Assembly: GCA_030390025.1 (NCBI GenBank)
Contig: JASTWF010000361.1
Span: 310,001-374,000 of the forward strand
DNA: 64,000 nucleotides
Direction of reading: 5' to 3'
Origin: Squalus acanthias
Lineage: Eukaryota
Part shown: in pieces, positions 1-13,133 of the stretch
Position numbering within the stretch: position 1 is the stretch's first letter
Layout of the letters: every line of letters begins with the position of its first letter
The notes under the pieces: generated by a model
The model's database searches: none
What the model was told of the DNA's origin: nothing
What the model saw: only the letters and a program-made list of their open reading frames with translations
Made by a program: the position numbers and the translations under genes

Positions 1-3000
1 GGCTGGACTAGTAATCCAGAGGCTGGGCTAGTAATCCAGAGGCTGGGCTAGTAACCAGAGGCCTGGGCTAGTAAAGTGGAGGCTGGACTAGTTATCCAGA
101 GACTGGGCTAGTAATGCAGAGGCTAGGCTAGTAATCCAGAGGCCTAGACTAGTAATCCAGAGGCTGGGCTAGTAATCCAGAGGCATGGACCAGTAATCCA
201 GAGGCCGGGCTAATAATCCAGAGGCCTGGCTAGTAATCCAGAGGGCTGGACTAGTAATCCAGAGGCTGGTCTTGTAATCCAGAGTTTGGGCTAGTAATCC
301 AGACGCTGGGTTGGTAATTCAGATGTCTGGGCTAGTAATCCAGAGGCTGGGCTAGTAATCCAGTGGCTGGGCTAGTAATCCAGAGTCTAGGCTAGAAATC
401 TAGAGGCCTGGGTTTGTAATCCACTGGACTAGTAATCCAGAGGCCTGTGCTAGTAATTCAGAGGCTTGGCTAGTAATCCAGAGGTCTGGGCTAGTAATCC
501 AGAGGCCTGGGCTGGTAATCCTGAGGCTGAGCTAGTAATCCAGATGCCTGGACTAGTAATCCAGTGGCCTGGGCTTGTAATCCAGTGGTTGAGCTAGTAA
601 TCCAGAGGCCTGGGCGAGTATTCCCGAGGCTGGACTACTAATCCAGAGGCTGTGTTATTAATCTAGAGGCCTCACTAGTAATCCACAAACCTGGACTAGT
701 AATCTAGAGACCTTGACTAGTAATCCAGAGGCCTGGACTAGTGATCCAGAAACCTGGACTAGTAATCCAGAGGCCTGGTCTAGTAAACCAGAGGCTGGGC
801 GAGTAATCCAAAGGCTGGACTAGTAATCCAGAGGCCTGGGCTAGTAATCCAGAGACCTGGTCTAGTAATACAGAGTCTGGACTAGTAATCCAGTGGCCTG
901 GGCTAGTACTCTAGAGGCCTGGGCTGGTAAACCAGAGGCTGGACTACTAATCCAGTGGCTAGACTAGTAATCAAGAGGCCTGGGCTAGTAATCCAGAGGC
1001 CTGGGCTAGTAATCCAGAGGCTGTGGTAGTAATCTAGAGGTTGAACTAGTAATCCAGAGGCTGGACTAATAATCCAGAGACCTGGGCTAGTAATCCAGAG
1101 GCCTGGGCTAGTAATCGAGAGGCTGGGCTAGTAATCCAGTGGCCTGGGCTCGTAATCCAGAGGTCTGGGCTAGTAATCTAAAGGCCTGGGCTAGTAATCC
1201 CGAGGCCTGGGCTAGTAATCGAGAGGCTGGACTAGTAATCCAGAGGCTGGGCTAGTAATCCAGAGGCCTGGGCTAGTAATCCCGAGGCCTGGGCTAGTAA
1301 TCCAGAGGCCTGGGCTACTAATCCAGAGGCCTGGGCTAGTAATCCAGAGGCCTGGGCTAGTAATCCAGAGGCTGTTCCAGTAATCCAGGATCTGGGCTAG
1401 TAATCCAGAGGCCTGAACTAGTAATCCAGAGGCTGGGCTAGTAATCCAGAGGCCTGGGCTAGTAATCCAGAGACTGGGCTTGTAATCCAGAGGCTGGGCT
1501 AGTAATCCAGAGGCCTGGAATAGTAATCCAGAGGCCTGGGCTAGTAAATAAGAATTTTGTTCGAGTAATTCAGAATCCTGGGCTAGCAAAACAGAGGCTG
1601 GGCTAGTAATCCAGAGGCCTGGGCTAGTAATCCAGAAGTCTGGGTTAGTACTCCAGAGGCCTGGGCTAGTAATCCAGAGGCCTGGGCTAGTAATCCAGAG
1701 GCTGAGCTAGTAATCCAGAGGCCTGGGCTGGTAATCCTGAGGCTGGGCTAGTAATCCAGAGGCCTGGACTAGTAATCCAGAGGCCTGGGCTTGTAATCCA
1801 GAGGTTGAGCTAGTAATCCAGAGGCCTGGGTGAGTATTCCAGAGGCTGGTTTAGTAATCCAGAGGCTGTGTTAGTAATCTAGAGGCTGGACTAGTAATCC
1901 AGAAACCTGGACTAGTAATCTAGTGACCTAGGCTGGTAATCCAGAGGCTGGATAGTAATCCAGAGGCCTGGACTAGTAATCCAGAAACCTGGACTAGTAA
2001 TCCAGAGGCCTGGTCTATTAAACCAGAGGCTGTGCTAGTAATCCAGAGGCTGGACTAGTAATCCAGAGGCCTGGGCTAGTAATCCAGAAACCTGGTCTAG
2101 TAATCCAGAGGTTGGACTAGTAATCCAGTGGCTGGACTAGTAATCCAGTGGCCTGGGCTAGTAATCCAGAGGCCTCGGCTAGTAATCCAGAGGCCTGGAC
2201 TAGTAATCCAGAGGCTGTGTTAGTAATCTAGAGGCTGGAGTAGTAATCCAGAAACTGGACTAATAATCCAGTGGCCTGGGCTCGTAATCCAGAGGCCTGG
2301 GCTAGTAATCGAGAGGCTGGACTAGTAATCCAGTGGCCTGGGCTCGTAATCCATTGACTGGACTAGTAATTCACAGGCCTAGGCTAGTAATCCAGAGGCC
2401 TGGGCTAGTAATCCAGAAGTCTGGGCTAGTAATCCAGAGGCCTGGGCTAGTAATCCAGAGGCTGAGCTAGTAATCCAGAGGCCTGGGCTGGTAATCCTGA
2501 GGCTGGACTAGTAATCCAGTGGCCTGGGTGAGTATTCCAGAGGCTGGCCTCGTAATCCAGAGGCTGTTTTAGTAATTTAGAGGCTGGACTTGTAATCCAG
2601 AAACCTGGACTAGTAATCTAGTGACCTAGGCTGGTAATCCAGAGGCTGGATAGTAATCCAGAGGCCTGGACTAGTAATCCAGAAACCTGGACTAGTAATC
2701 CAGAGGCCTGGTCTAGTAAACCAGAGGCTGGGCTAGTAATCCAGAGGCTGGACTAGTAATCCAGAGGCCTGGGCTAGTAATCCAGAGACCTGGTCTAGTA
2801 ATCCAGAGGTTGGACTAGTAATCCAGTGGCTGAACTAGTAATCCAGTGGCCTGGGCTAGTAATCCAGAGGCCTGGGCTAGTAATCCAGAGGCCTGGACTA
2901 GTAATCCAGAGGCTGTGTTAGTAATCTAGAGGCTGGACTAGTAATCCAGAGGCTGGACTAATAATCCAGTGGCCTGGGCTCATAATCCAGAGGCCTGGGC

Positions 3001-3287
3001 TAGTAATCGAGAGGCTGGACTAGTAATCCAGTGGCCTGGGCTCGTAATCCAGAGACTGGGCAAGTAATCCAATGGCTGGGCTAGTAATCCAAAGTCTGGG
3101 CTAATAATCCAGAGGCTGGGCTCGTAATCCAGAGTCCTGGACTAGTAATTCAGAGGCCTGGGCTAGTAATCCAGAGTTCTGGGCTAGTAATCCAGAGGCT
3201 GGGCTAGTAATCCAGAGGCCTGCGCTAGTAATCCAGAGGCCTGGGCTAGTAATCCAGAGGCCTGGGCTAGTAATCTAGAGGCCTGGG

Positions 3288-4077
3288 TGTGGTAACACAA
3301 TACAGTTTCCTGTGACTCGAACTTTATTGCATCACTTCCTGTGATTAGTCCAGGATAAATACTGGACTGATCAGTTGGATCCTGGAGAGGCATAGAGTAA
3401 GACCTCTTTTGTATGTAGCACCTTTTTAGTTGATTAAAGCTTACTTTAAATTCACCACGCGTAAGGCTCATTCTTACGACAATTTAATCAACTTTGGAAA
3501 ACTTCGCACTCAAACTTTTTGGACAAACTCGGAACTAAGGATCCAGGGAATCACCCATCATGGAAAACATCCTTAAACCATCGCGTCTTGACTTGGACCC
3601 AAACACCCCAGCAGCCGGTAAGGTGTGGAAACACTGGTATCGCACGTTTGACAATTTTTTGGAATATTGCAAGGCTGATGATGACTCAAAGTTGCGGATA
3701 CTCATCAACTGTGTCACCCCGAATGTATTTCAGTATGTGGAGGAATGGGGCAGTTACGAGGAGGCAATTTGGACGCTTAAGAGACTATATACTAAGACAC
3801 CGAATGAGGTCTATGCCAGACATCTACTAGCTACAGCCCAACAAGGGCCGGAGGAATCCATTGATAAATTCCTCCAAGAGCTTCGCAGACTTAGTATGGA
3901 CTGTAACTTTCAGGCGGCCTCAGCTGAGCTGTACCGTGAAGAAATGATCCGTGATGCTTTCATCTGCGGGCTTGCCTCCCCATTTATACGCCAGCGTCTA
4001 CTGGAAAGTAAGAGCTTCAGAGAGCTTATGACATGGCTTGCTCTCTAGATCTGGCAAAAAGAAATGCAGACCTTTAT
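3288..4077 (+). mobile_element. 3'-truncated Ty3/Gypsy copy (5' LTR 3288-3481 plus start of gag)
   Basis: Near-identical to 35482-36278. TG...CA 194-bp LTR. Ends at ...GACCTTTAT, then satellite resumes. Confidence 0.95.
3560..4048 (+). pseudogene. Truncated, frameshifted Gypsy gag
   Basis: Matches the N-terminus of the 1184-aa ORF up to RLLESK. A 7-bp deletion (ACACTTG) then shifts the frame. Confidence 0.9.
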
Positions 4078-5810
4078 CCAGGGTCTGGGCTAGTAATCCA
4101 GAGGCCTGGACTAGTAATCCAGAGGCTGGGCTTGTAATCCAGAGGCTGGGCTAGTAATCCAGTGGCTGGGCTTGTAATCCAGAGGCTGGGCTAGTAATCC
4201 AGAGGCTGGACTAGTAATGCAGTGGTCTGGGCTAGTAATCCAGTGGCCTGGGCTAGTAATCCAGAGGCCTGGGCTAGTAATCCAGTGGCCTGGGCTAGTA
4301 ATCCAGAGGCTGGACTAGTAATGCAGTGGTCTGGGCTAGTAATCCAGTGGCCTGGGCTAGTAATCCAGAGGCCTGGTCTAGTAATCCAGTGGCCTGGGCT
4401 AGTAATCCAGAGGCCTGGGCTAGTTATCCAGTGCTCTGGGCTAGTAATGTAGAGGCCTGGTCCAGTAATCCAGAGGCCTGGGCTAGTAATCCAGTGGCCT
4501 GGGCTAGTAATCTAGTGGTCTGGGCTGGTAATCCAGAGGGCTGGGCTAGTAATCCACAGGCCTGGACTAGTAATCCACAGGCCTGGGCGATTAAACAAGA
4601 ATATTGTTCTAGTAATTTAGAATCCTGGGATAGTAAAACAGAGGCCTGGGCTAGAAATCCCGAAGTCTGGCCTAGTAATCCAGAGGTCTGGGCTAGTAAT
4701 CCAGAGGCCTGGACTAGTAATCCACAGGCCTGGGCGAGTAAACAAGAATATTGTTCTAGTAATTTAGAATCCTGGGATAGCAAAACAGAGGCCTGGGCTA
4801 GTAATCCAGAGGCCTGGGCTAGTAATCCAGAGTTCTGGGCTGGTAATCCAGAGGTCTGGGCTGGTAATCCAGTGTCTGGGCTAGTAATCCAGAAGTCTAG
4901 GCTAGTAATCCAGAGGCTGAGCTAGTAATCCAGAGGTCTGGGCTCGTAATCCAGAGGTCTGGGCTGGTAATCCAGAGGTCTGGGCTCGTAATCCAGAGGT
5001 CTGGACTAGTAATGCAGTGGTCTGGGCTAGTAATCCAGTGGCCTGGGCTAGTAATCCAGAGGCCTGGGCCAGTTATCCAGAGGCCTGGGCTAGTAATCCA
5101 GTGGCCTGGGCTAGTAATCCAGAGGCCTGGGCTAGTTATCCAGAGCTCTGGGCTAGTAATGTAGAGGTCTGGGCTGGTAATCCAGAGGCTGGGCTAGTAA
5201 TCCAGAGACCTGGGCTAGTAATCCAGAGGACTGGGGTGGTAAAACAGAGGCTGGGCTAGTAATCCAGAGACTGGGTTGGTAATCCAGACATCTGGGCTAG
5301 TAATCTAGAGGCTGGGTTAGTAATCCAGAGGCCTGGGCTAGTAATCAAGAGGCCTGGGCTAGTAATCCAGAGTCCTTGGCTGGTAATCCAGAAGCCTCGG
5401 CTAGTAATCCAGAGTTTGGCTAGTAATCCAGAGGGCTGGGCTAGTAATCCACAGGCCTGGACTAGTAATCCACAGGCCTGGGCGAGTAAACAAGAATACT
5501 GTTCTAGTAATTTAGAATCCTGGGCTAGAAATCCAGAAGTCTGGGCTAGTAATCCAGAGGCCTGGGCTAGTAATCCAGAGGTCTGGGCTGGTAATCCAGT
5601 GGCTGGGCTAGTAATCCAGAGGCCTGGGCTAGTAATCCAGAGGCCTGGGCTAGTAATCCAGAGGACTGGGCTAGTCATCCAGAGGCCTAGGCTAGTAATC
5701 CAGAAGTCTAGGATAGTAATCCAGAGGCTGAGATAGTAATCCAGAGGCTGGACTAGTAATACAGTGGTCTGGGCTAGTAAGTCATAGGCCTGAGCTAGTA
5801 ATCCAGAGTC

Positions 5811-8800
5811 CTGGGCCAGTAATCCAGAGTCCTGGACTAGTAACCCAGAGGCTGGGCTAGTAATCCAGAGGTCTGGGCTAAAAATCCGGAGGCTGGGCTA
5901 GTAATCCAGAGGCCTGGGCTACTAATCCAGAGGCCTTGGCTAGTAATCCAGTGTCCTGGGCCAGTAATCCAGAGGCCTCGGCTAGTAATGCAGAGGTCTG
6001 GGCTCGTAACCAGAGGCCTGGACTAGTATTCCAAAGGCCTGGGCTATTACTCCAGAGGCTGGGCTATTAATCCAGAGGCCTGGGCTAGTAATCCAGAGGT
6101 CTGGGCTAGTAATCCGGAGGCCTAGACTAGTAATCCACAAGCCTGGGCGAGTAAACAAGAATATTGTTCTAGTAATTTAGAATCCTGGGATAGTAAAACA
6201 GAGGCCTGGGCTAGAAATCCCGAAGTCTGGCCTAGTAATCCAGAGGTCTGGGCTAGTAATCCAGAGGCCTGGACTAGTAATCCACAGGCCTGGGCTAGTA
6301 ATCCAGAGGCCTGGGCTAGTAATCCAGAGTCCTTGGCTGGTAATCCAGAAGCCTCGGCTAGTAATCCAGAGTTTGGCTAGTAATCCAGAGGGCTGGGCTA
6401 GTAATCCACAGGCCTGGACTAGTAATCCACAGGCCTGGGCAAGTAAACAAGAATACTGTTCTAGTAATTTAGAATCCTGGGATAGTAAAACAGAGGCCTG
6501 GGCTAGAAATCCCGAAGTCTGGGCTAGTAATCCAGAAGTCTGGGCTAGTAATCCAGAGGCCTGGGCTAGTAATCCAGAGGTCTGGGCTCGTAATCCAGAG
6601 GTTTGGGCTGGTAATCCAGTGGCTGGGCTAGTAATCCAGAGGCCTGGGCTAGTAATCCAGAGGCCTGGGCTAGTCATCCAGAGGACTGGGCTAGTCATTC
6701 AGAGGCCTAGGCTAGTAATCCAGAAGTCTAGGATAGTAATCCAGAGGCTGAGATAGTAATCTAGAGGCTGGACTAGTAATACAGTGGTCTGGGCTAGTAA
6801 GTCATAGGCCTGGGCTAGTAATCCAGAGGCCTGGGCTAATAATACAGATGCCTGGACTAGTAATCCAGAAGCTGGGATAGTAATCCAGAGTCCTGGACTA
6901 CTAATCCAGAAGCTGGACTAGTAATCCAGAGGCCTGGACCAGTAATCCAGAGTCCTGGACTAGTAACCCAGAGGCTGGGCTAGTAATCCAGAGGTCTGGG
7001 CTAAAAATCCGGAGGCTGGGCTAGTAATCCAGAGGCCTGGGCTACTAATCCAGAGGCCTTGGCTTGTAATCCAGTGTCCTGGGCCAGTAATCCAGAGGCC
7101 TCGGCTAGTAATCCAGAGGTCTGGGCTCGTAACCAGAGGCCTGGACTAGTATTCCAAAGGCCTGGGCTAATACTCCAGAGGCTGGGCTATTAATCCAGAG
7201 GCCTGGGCTAGTAATCCAGAGGTCTGGGCTAGTAATCCGGAGGCCTAGACTAGTAATCCACAAGCCTGGGCGAGTAAACAAGAATATTGTTCTAGTAATC
7301 CAGATGTCTGGGCTAGTAAAACAGAGGCCTGGGCTAGAAATCCAGAAGTCTAGGCTAGTAATCCAGAGGTTGAGCTAGTAATCCAGAGGTTGGCCTAGTA
7401 ATACAGTGGTCTGGGCTAGTAATTCATAGGCCTGGGCTATTAATCCTGAGGCTGAGTTTATAATCCAACGGCTGAGCCAGTTATCCAGAGGCCTGGACTA
7501 GTAATCCAGAGGCTGGGCTAGTAATCCAGAGGCTGCGCTATTAATCCCGCATCCTGGCCTAGTAATCCAGAGGCCTGGGCTAGTAATCCAGAGGCTGGAC
7601 TAGTAATCCAGAGGTCTGGTTTAGTAATCCAGAGGCCTGGACTAGTAATCCAGAGGCCAGTATTAGTAATCCAGAGGCCTGGGCTTGTAATCCAGAGGCC
7701 TGGGCTAGTAAACCAGAGGCCTGGACTAGTACACCAGACGCCTGGGCTAATATTCCAGAGGCTGGGCTAGTAATCCAGAGGCCTGGCCTAGTTTCCAGAA
7801 GCCTGGCCTAGTAATCTAGAGGCCTAGACTAGTAATCTAATGGCCTGGACTAGTAATCCAGAGGCTGGGCTAGTAATCCAGAGTCCTGGGCTAGTAATCC
7901 AGAGGCCTGGGCTAGTAATCCAGAGGCTGGGCTAGTAATACAGAGGCTGGACTATTAATCCAGGGCCCTGGGCTAGTAATCCAGAGGCTGGACTAGTAAT
8001 CCAGAGGCTGGGCTAGTAATCCAGAGGCTGGGCTAGTAACCAGAGGCCTGGGCTAGTAAACTGGAGGCTGGACTAGTTATCCAGAGGCCTGGGCTAGTAA
8101 ACTGGAGGCTGGACGAGTTATCCAGAGGCCTAGACTAGTAATCCAGAGGCTGGGCTAGTAATCCAGAGGCATGGACCAGTAATCCAGAGGCCGGGCTAAT
8201 AATCCAGAGGCCTGGCTAGTAATCCAGAAGCTGGACTAATAATCCAGAGGCCTGGGCCAGTAATCCAGAGTCCTGGACTAGTAACCCAGAGGCTGGGCTA
8301 GTAATCCAGAGGTCTGGGCTAAAAATCCGGAGGCTGGGCTAGTAATCCAGAGGCCTGGGCTACTAATCCAGAGGCCTTGGCTAGTAATCCAGTGTCCTGG
8401 GCCAGTAATCCAGAGGCCTCGGCTAGTAATGCAGAGGTCTGGGCTCGTAACCAGAGGCCTGGACTAGTATTCCAAAGGCCTGGGCTATTACTCCAGAGGC
8501 TGGGCTATTAATCCAGAGGCCTGGGCTAGTAATCCAGAGGTCTGGGCTAGTAATCCGGAGGCCTAGACTAGTAATCCACAAGCCTGGGCGAGTAAACAAG
8601 AATATTGTTCTAGTAATTTAGAATCCTGGGATAGTAAAACAGAGGCCTGGGCTAGAAATCCCGAAGTCTGGCCTAGTAATCCAGAGGTCTGGGCTAGTAA
8701 TCCAGAGGCCTGGACTAGTAATCCACAGGCCTGGGCTAGTAATCCAGAGGCCTGGGCTAGTAATCCAGAGTCCTTGGCTGGTAATCCAGAAGCCTCGGCT

Positions 8801-11800
8801 AGTAATCCAGAGTTTGGCTAGTAATCCAGAGGGCTGGGCTAGTAATCCACAGGCCTGGACTAGTAATCCACAGGCCTGGGCGAGTAAACAAGAATACTGT
8901 TCTAGTAATTTAGAATCCTGGGATAGTAAAACAGAGGCCTGGGCTAGAAATCCCGAAGTCTGGGCTAGTAATCCAGAAGTCTGGGCTAGTAATCCAGAGG
9001 CCTGGGCTAGTAATCCAGAGGTCTGGGCTCGTAATCCAGAGGTTTGGGCTGGTAATCCAGTGGCTGGGCTAGTAATCCAGAGGCCTGGGCTAGTAATCCA
9101 GAGGCCTGGGCTAGTCATCCAGAGGACTGGGCTAGTCATCCAGAGGCCTAGGCTAGTAATCCAGAAGTCTAGGATAGTAATCCAGAGGCTGAGATAGTAA
9201 TCTAGAGGCTGGACTAGTAATACAGTGGTCTGGGCTAGTAAGTCATAGGCCTGGGCTAGTAATCCAGAGGCCTGGGCTAATAATACAGATGCCTGGACTA
9301 GTAATCCAGAAGCTGGGATAGTAATCCAGAGTCCTGGACTACTAATCCAGAAGCTGGACTAGTAATCCAGAGGCCTGGACCAGTAATCCAGAGTCCTGGA
9401 CTAGTAACCCAGAGGCTGGGCTAGTAATCCAGAGGTCTGGGCTAAAAATCCGGAGGCTGGGCTAGTAATCCAGAGGCCTGGGCTACTAATCCAGAGGCCT
9501 TGGCTTGTAATCCAGTGTCCTGGGCCAGTAATCCAGAGGCCTCGGCTAGTAATCCAGAGGTCTGGGCTCGTAACCAGAGGCCTGGACTAGTATTCCAAAG
9601 GCCTGGGCTAATACTCCAGAGGCTGGGCTATTAATCCAGAGGCCTGGGCTAGTAATCCAGAGGTCTGGGCTAGTAATCCGGAGGCCTAGACTAGTAATCC
9701 ACAAGCCTGGGCGAGTAAACAAGAATATTGTTCTAGTAATCCAGATGTCTGGGCTAGTAAAACAGAGGCCTGGGCTAGAAATCCAGAAGTCTAGGCTAGT
9801 AATCCAGAGGTTGAGCTAGTAATCCAGAGGTTGGCCTAGTAATACAGTGGTCTGGGCTAGTAATTCATAGGCCTGGGCTATTAATCCTGAGGCTGAGTTT
9901 ATAATCCAACGGCTGAGCCAGTTATCCAGAGGCCTGGACTAGTAATCCAGAGGCTGGGCTAGTAATCCAGAGGCTGCGCTATTAATCCCGCATCCTGGCC
10001 TAGTAATCCAGAGGCCTGGGCTAGTAATCCAGAGGCTGGACTAGTAATCCAGAGGTCTGGTTTAGTAATCCAGAGGCCTGGACTAGTAATCCAGAGGCCA
10101 GTATTAGTAATCCAGAGGCCTGGGCTTGTAATCCAGAGGCCTGGGCTAGTAAACCAGAGGCCTGGACTAGTACACCAGACACCTGGGCTAATATTCCAGA
10201 GGCTGGGCTAGTAATCCAGAGGCCTGGCCTAGTTTCCAGAAGCCTGGCCTAGTAATCTAGAGGCCTAGACTAGTAATCTAATGGCCTGGACTAGTAATCC
10301 AGAGGCTGGGCTAGTAATCCAGAGTCCTGGGCTAGTAATCCAGAGGCCTGGGCTAGTAATCCAGAGGCTGGGCTAGTAATACAGAGGCTGGACTAATAAT
10401 CCAGGGGCCTGGGCTAGTAATCCAGAGGCTGGACTAGTAATCCAGAGGCTGGGCTAGTAATCCAGAGGCTGGGCTAGTAACCAGAGGCCTGGGCTAGTAA
10501 ACTGGAGGCTGGACTAGTTATCCAGAGGCCTGGGCTAGTAAACTGGAGGCTGGACGAGTTATCCAGAGGCCTAGACTAGTAATCCAGAGGCTGGGCTAGT
10601 AATCCAGAGGCATGGACCAGTAATCCAGAGGCCGGGCTAATAATCCAGAGGCCTGGCTAGTAATCCAGAAGCTGGACTAATAATCCAGAGGCCTGGGCCA
10701 GTAATCCAGAGTCCTGGACTAGTAACCCAGAGGCTGGGCTAGTAATCCAGAGGTCTGGGCTAAAAATCCGGAGGCTGGGCTAGTAATTCAGAGGCCTGGG
10801 CTACTAATCCAGAGGCCTTGGCTAGTAATCCAGTGTCCTGGGCCAGTAATCCAGAGGCCTCGCCTAGTAATCCAGAGGTCTGGGCTCGTAACCAGAGGCC
10901 TGGACTAGTATTCCAAAGGCCTGGGCTATTACTCCAGAGGCTGGGCTATTAATCCAGAGGCCTGGGCTAGTAATCCAGAGGTCTGGGCTAGTAATCCGGA
11001 GGCCTAGACTAGTAATCCACAAGCCTGGGCGAGTAAACAAGAATATTGTTCTAGTAACTTAGAATCCTGGGATAGTAAAACAGAGGCCTGGGCTAGAAAT
11101 CCCGAAGTCTGGCCTAGTAATCCAGAGGTCTGGGCTAGTAATCCAGAGGCCTGGACTAGTAATCCACAGGCCTGGGCTAGTAATCCAGAGGCCTGGGCTA
11201 GTAATCCAGAGTCCTTGGCTGGTAATCCAGAAGCCTCGGCGAGTAATCCAGAGTTTGGCTAGTAATTCAGAGGGCTGGGCTAGTAATCCACAGGCCTGGA
11301 CTAGTAATCCACAGGCCTGGGCGAGTAAACAAGAATACTGTTCTAGTAATTTAGAATCCTGGGATAGTAAAACAGAGGCCTGGGCTAGAAATCCCGAAGT
11401 CTGGGCTAGTAATCCAGAAGTCTGGGCTAGTAATCCAGAGGCCTGGGCTAGTAATCCAGAGGTCTGGGCTCGTAATCCAGAGGTTTGGGCTGGTAATCCA
11501 GTGGCTGGGCTAGTAATCCAGAGGCCTGGGCTAGTAATCCAGAGGCCTGGGCTAGTCATCCAGAGGACTGGGCTAGTCATCCAGAGGCCTAGGCTAGTAA
11601 TCCAGAAGTCTAGGATAGTAATCCAGAGGCTGAGATAGTAATCTAGAGGCTGGACTAGTAATACAGTGGTCTGGGCTAGTAAGTCATAGGCCTGGGCTAG
11701 TAATCCAGAGGCCTGGGCTAATAATACAGATGCCTGGACTAGTAATCCAGAAGCTGGGATAGTAATCCAGAGTCCTGGACTACTAATCCAGAAGCTGGAC

Positions 11801-13133
11801 TAGTAATCCAGAGGCCTGGACCAGTAATCCAGAGTCCTGGACTAGTAACCCAGAGGCTGGGCTAGTAATCCAGAGGTCTGGGCTAAAAATCCGGAGGCTG
11901 GGCTAGTAATCCAGAGGCCTGGGCTACTAATCCAGAGGCCTTGGCTAGTAATCCAGTGTCCTGGGCCAGTAATCCAGAGGCCTCGGCTAGTAATCCAGAG
12001 GTCTGGGCTCGTAACCAGAGGCCTGGACTAGTATTCCAAAGGCCTGGGCTAATACTCCAGAGGCTGGGCTATTAATCCAGAGGCCTGGGCTAGTAATCCA
12101 GAGGTCTGGGCTAGTAATCCGGAGGCCTAGACTAGTAATCCACAAGCCTGGGCGAGTAAACAAGAATATTGTTCTAGTAATCCAGATGTCTGGGCTAGTA
12201 AAACAGAGGCCTGGGCTAGAAATCCAGAAGTCTAGGCTAGTAATCCAGAGGTTGAGCTAGTAATCCAGAGGTTGGCCTAGTAATACAGTGGTCTGGGCTA
12301 GTAATTCATAGGCCTGGGCTATTAATCCTGAGGCTGAGTTTATAATCCAACGGCTGAGCCAGTTATCCAGAGGCCTGGACTAGTAATCCAGAGGCTGGGC
12401 TAGTAATCCAGAGGCTGCGCTATTAATCCCGCATCCTGGCCTAGTAATCCAGAGGCCTGGGCTAGTAATCCAGAGGCTGGACTAGTAATCCAGAGGTCTG
12501 GTTTAGTAATCCAGAGGCCTGGACTAGTAATCCAGAGGCCAGTATTAGTAATCCAGAGGCCTGGGCTTGTAATCCAGAGGCCTGGGCTAGTAAACCAGAG
12601 GCCTGGACTAGTACACCAGACGCCTGGGCTAATATTCCAGAGGCTGGGCTAGTAATCCAGAGGCCTGGCCTAGTTTCCAGAAGCCTGGCCTAGTAATCTA
12701 GAGGCCTAGACTAGTAATCTAATGGCCTGGACTAGTAATCCAGAGGCTGGGCTAGTAATCCAGAGTCCTGGGCTAGTAATCCAGAGGCCTGGGCTAGTAA
12801 TCCAGAGGCTGGGCTAGTAATACAGAGGCTGGACTATTAATCCAGGGGCCTGGGCTAGTAATCCAGAGGCTGGACTAGTAATCCAGAGGCTGGGCTAGTA
12901 ATCCAGAGGCTGGGCTAGTAACCAGAGGCCTGGGCTAGTAAACTGGAGGCTGGACTAGTTATCCAGAGGCTGGGCTAGTAATGCAGAGGCTAGGCTAGTA
13001 ATCCAGAGGCCTAGACTAGTAATCCAGAGGCTGGGCTAGTAATCCAGAGGCATGGACCAGTAATCCAGAGGCCGGGCTAATAATCCAGAGGCCTGGCTAG
13101 TAATCCAGAAGCTGGACTAATAATCCAGAGGCC
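5811..13133 (+). repeat. Higher-order repeat: three tandem ~2441-bp units of the satellite
   Basis: Rare variant TTAATCCCGCATCC at 7541, 9982 and 12423 (spacing 2441). Near-identical ORFs at 6177, 8618 and 11059. Confidence 0.9.

Noticed and set aside
4736..4780. Variant AGTAAACAAGAATATTGTTCTAGTAATTTAGAATCCTGGG as a separate insert or a closer tRNA-Thr relic
   Set aside because: It keeps monomer register and is explained as two diverged monomers amplified with the higher-order blocks. The extra tRNA resemblance is too short to support.
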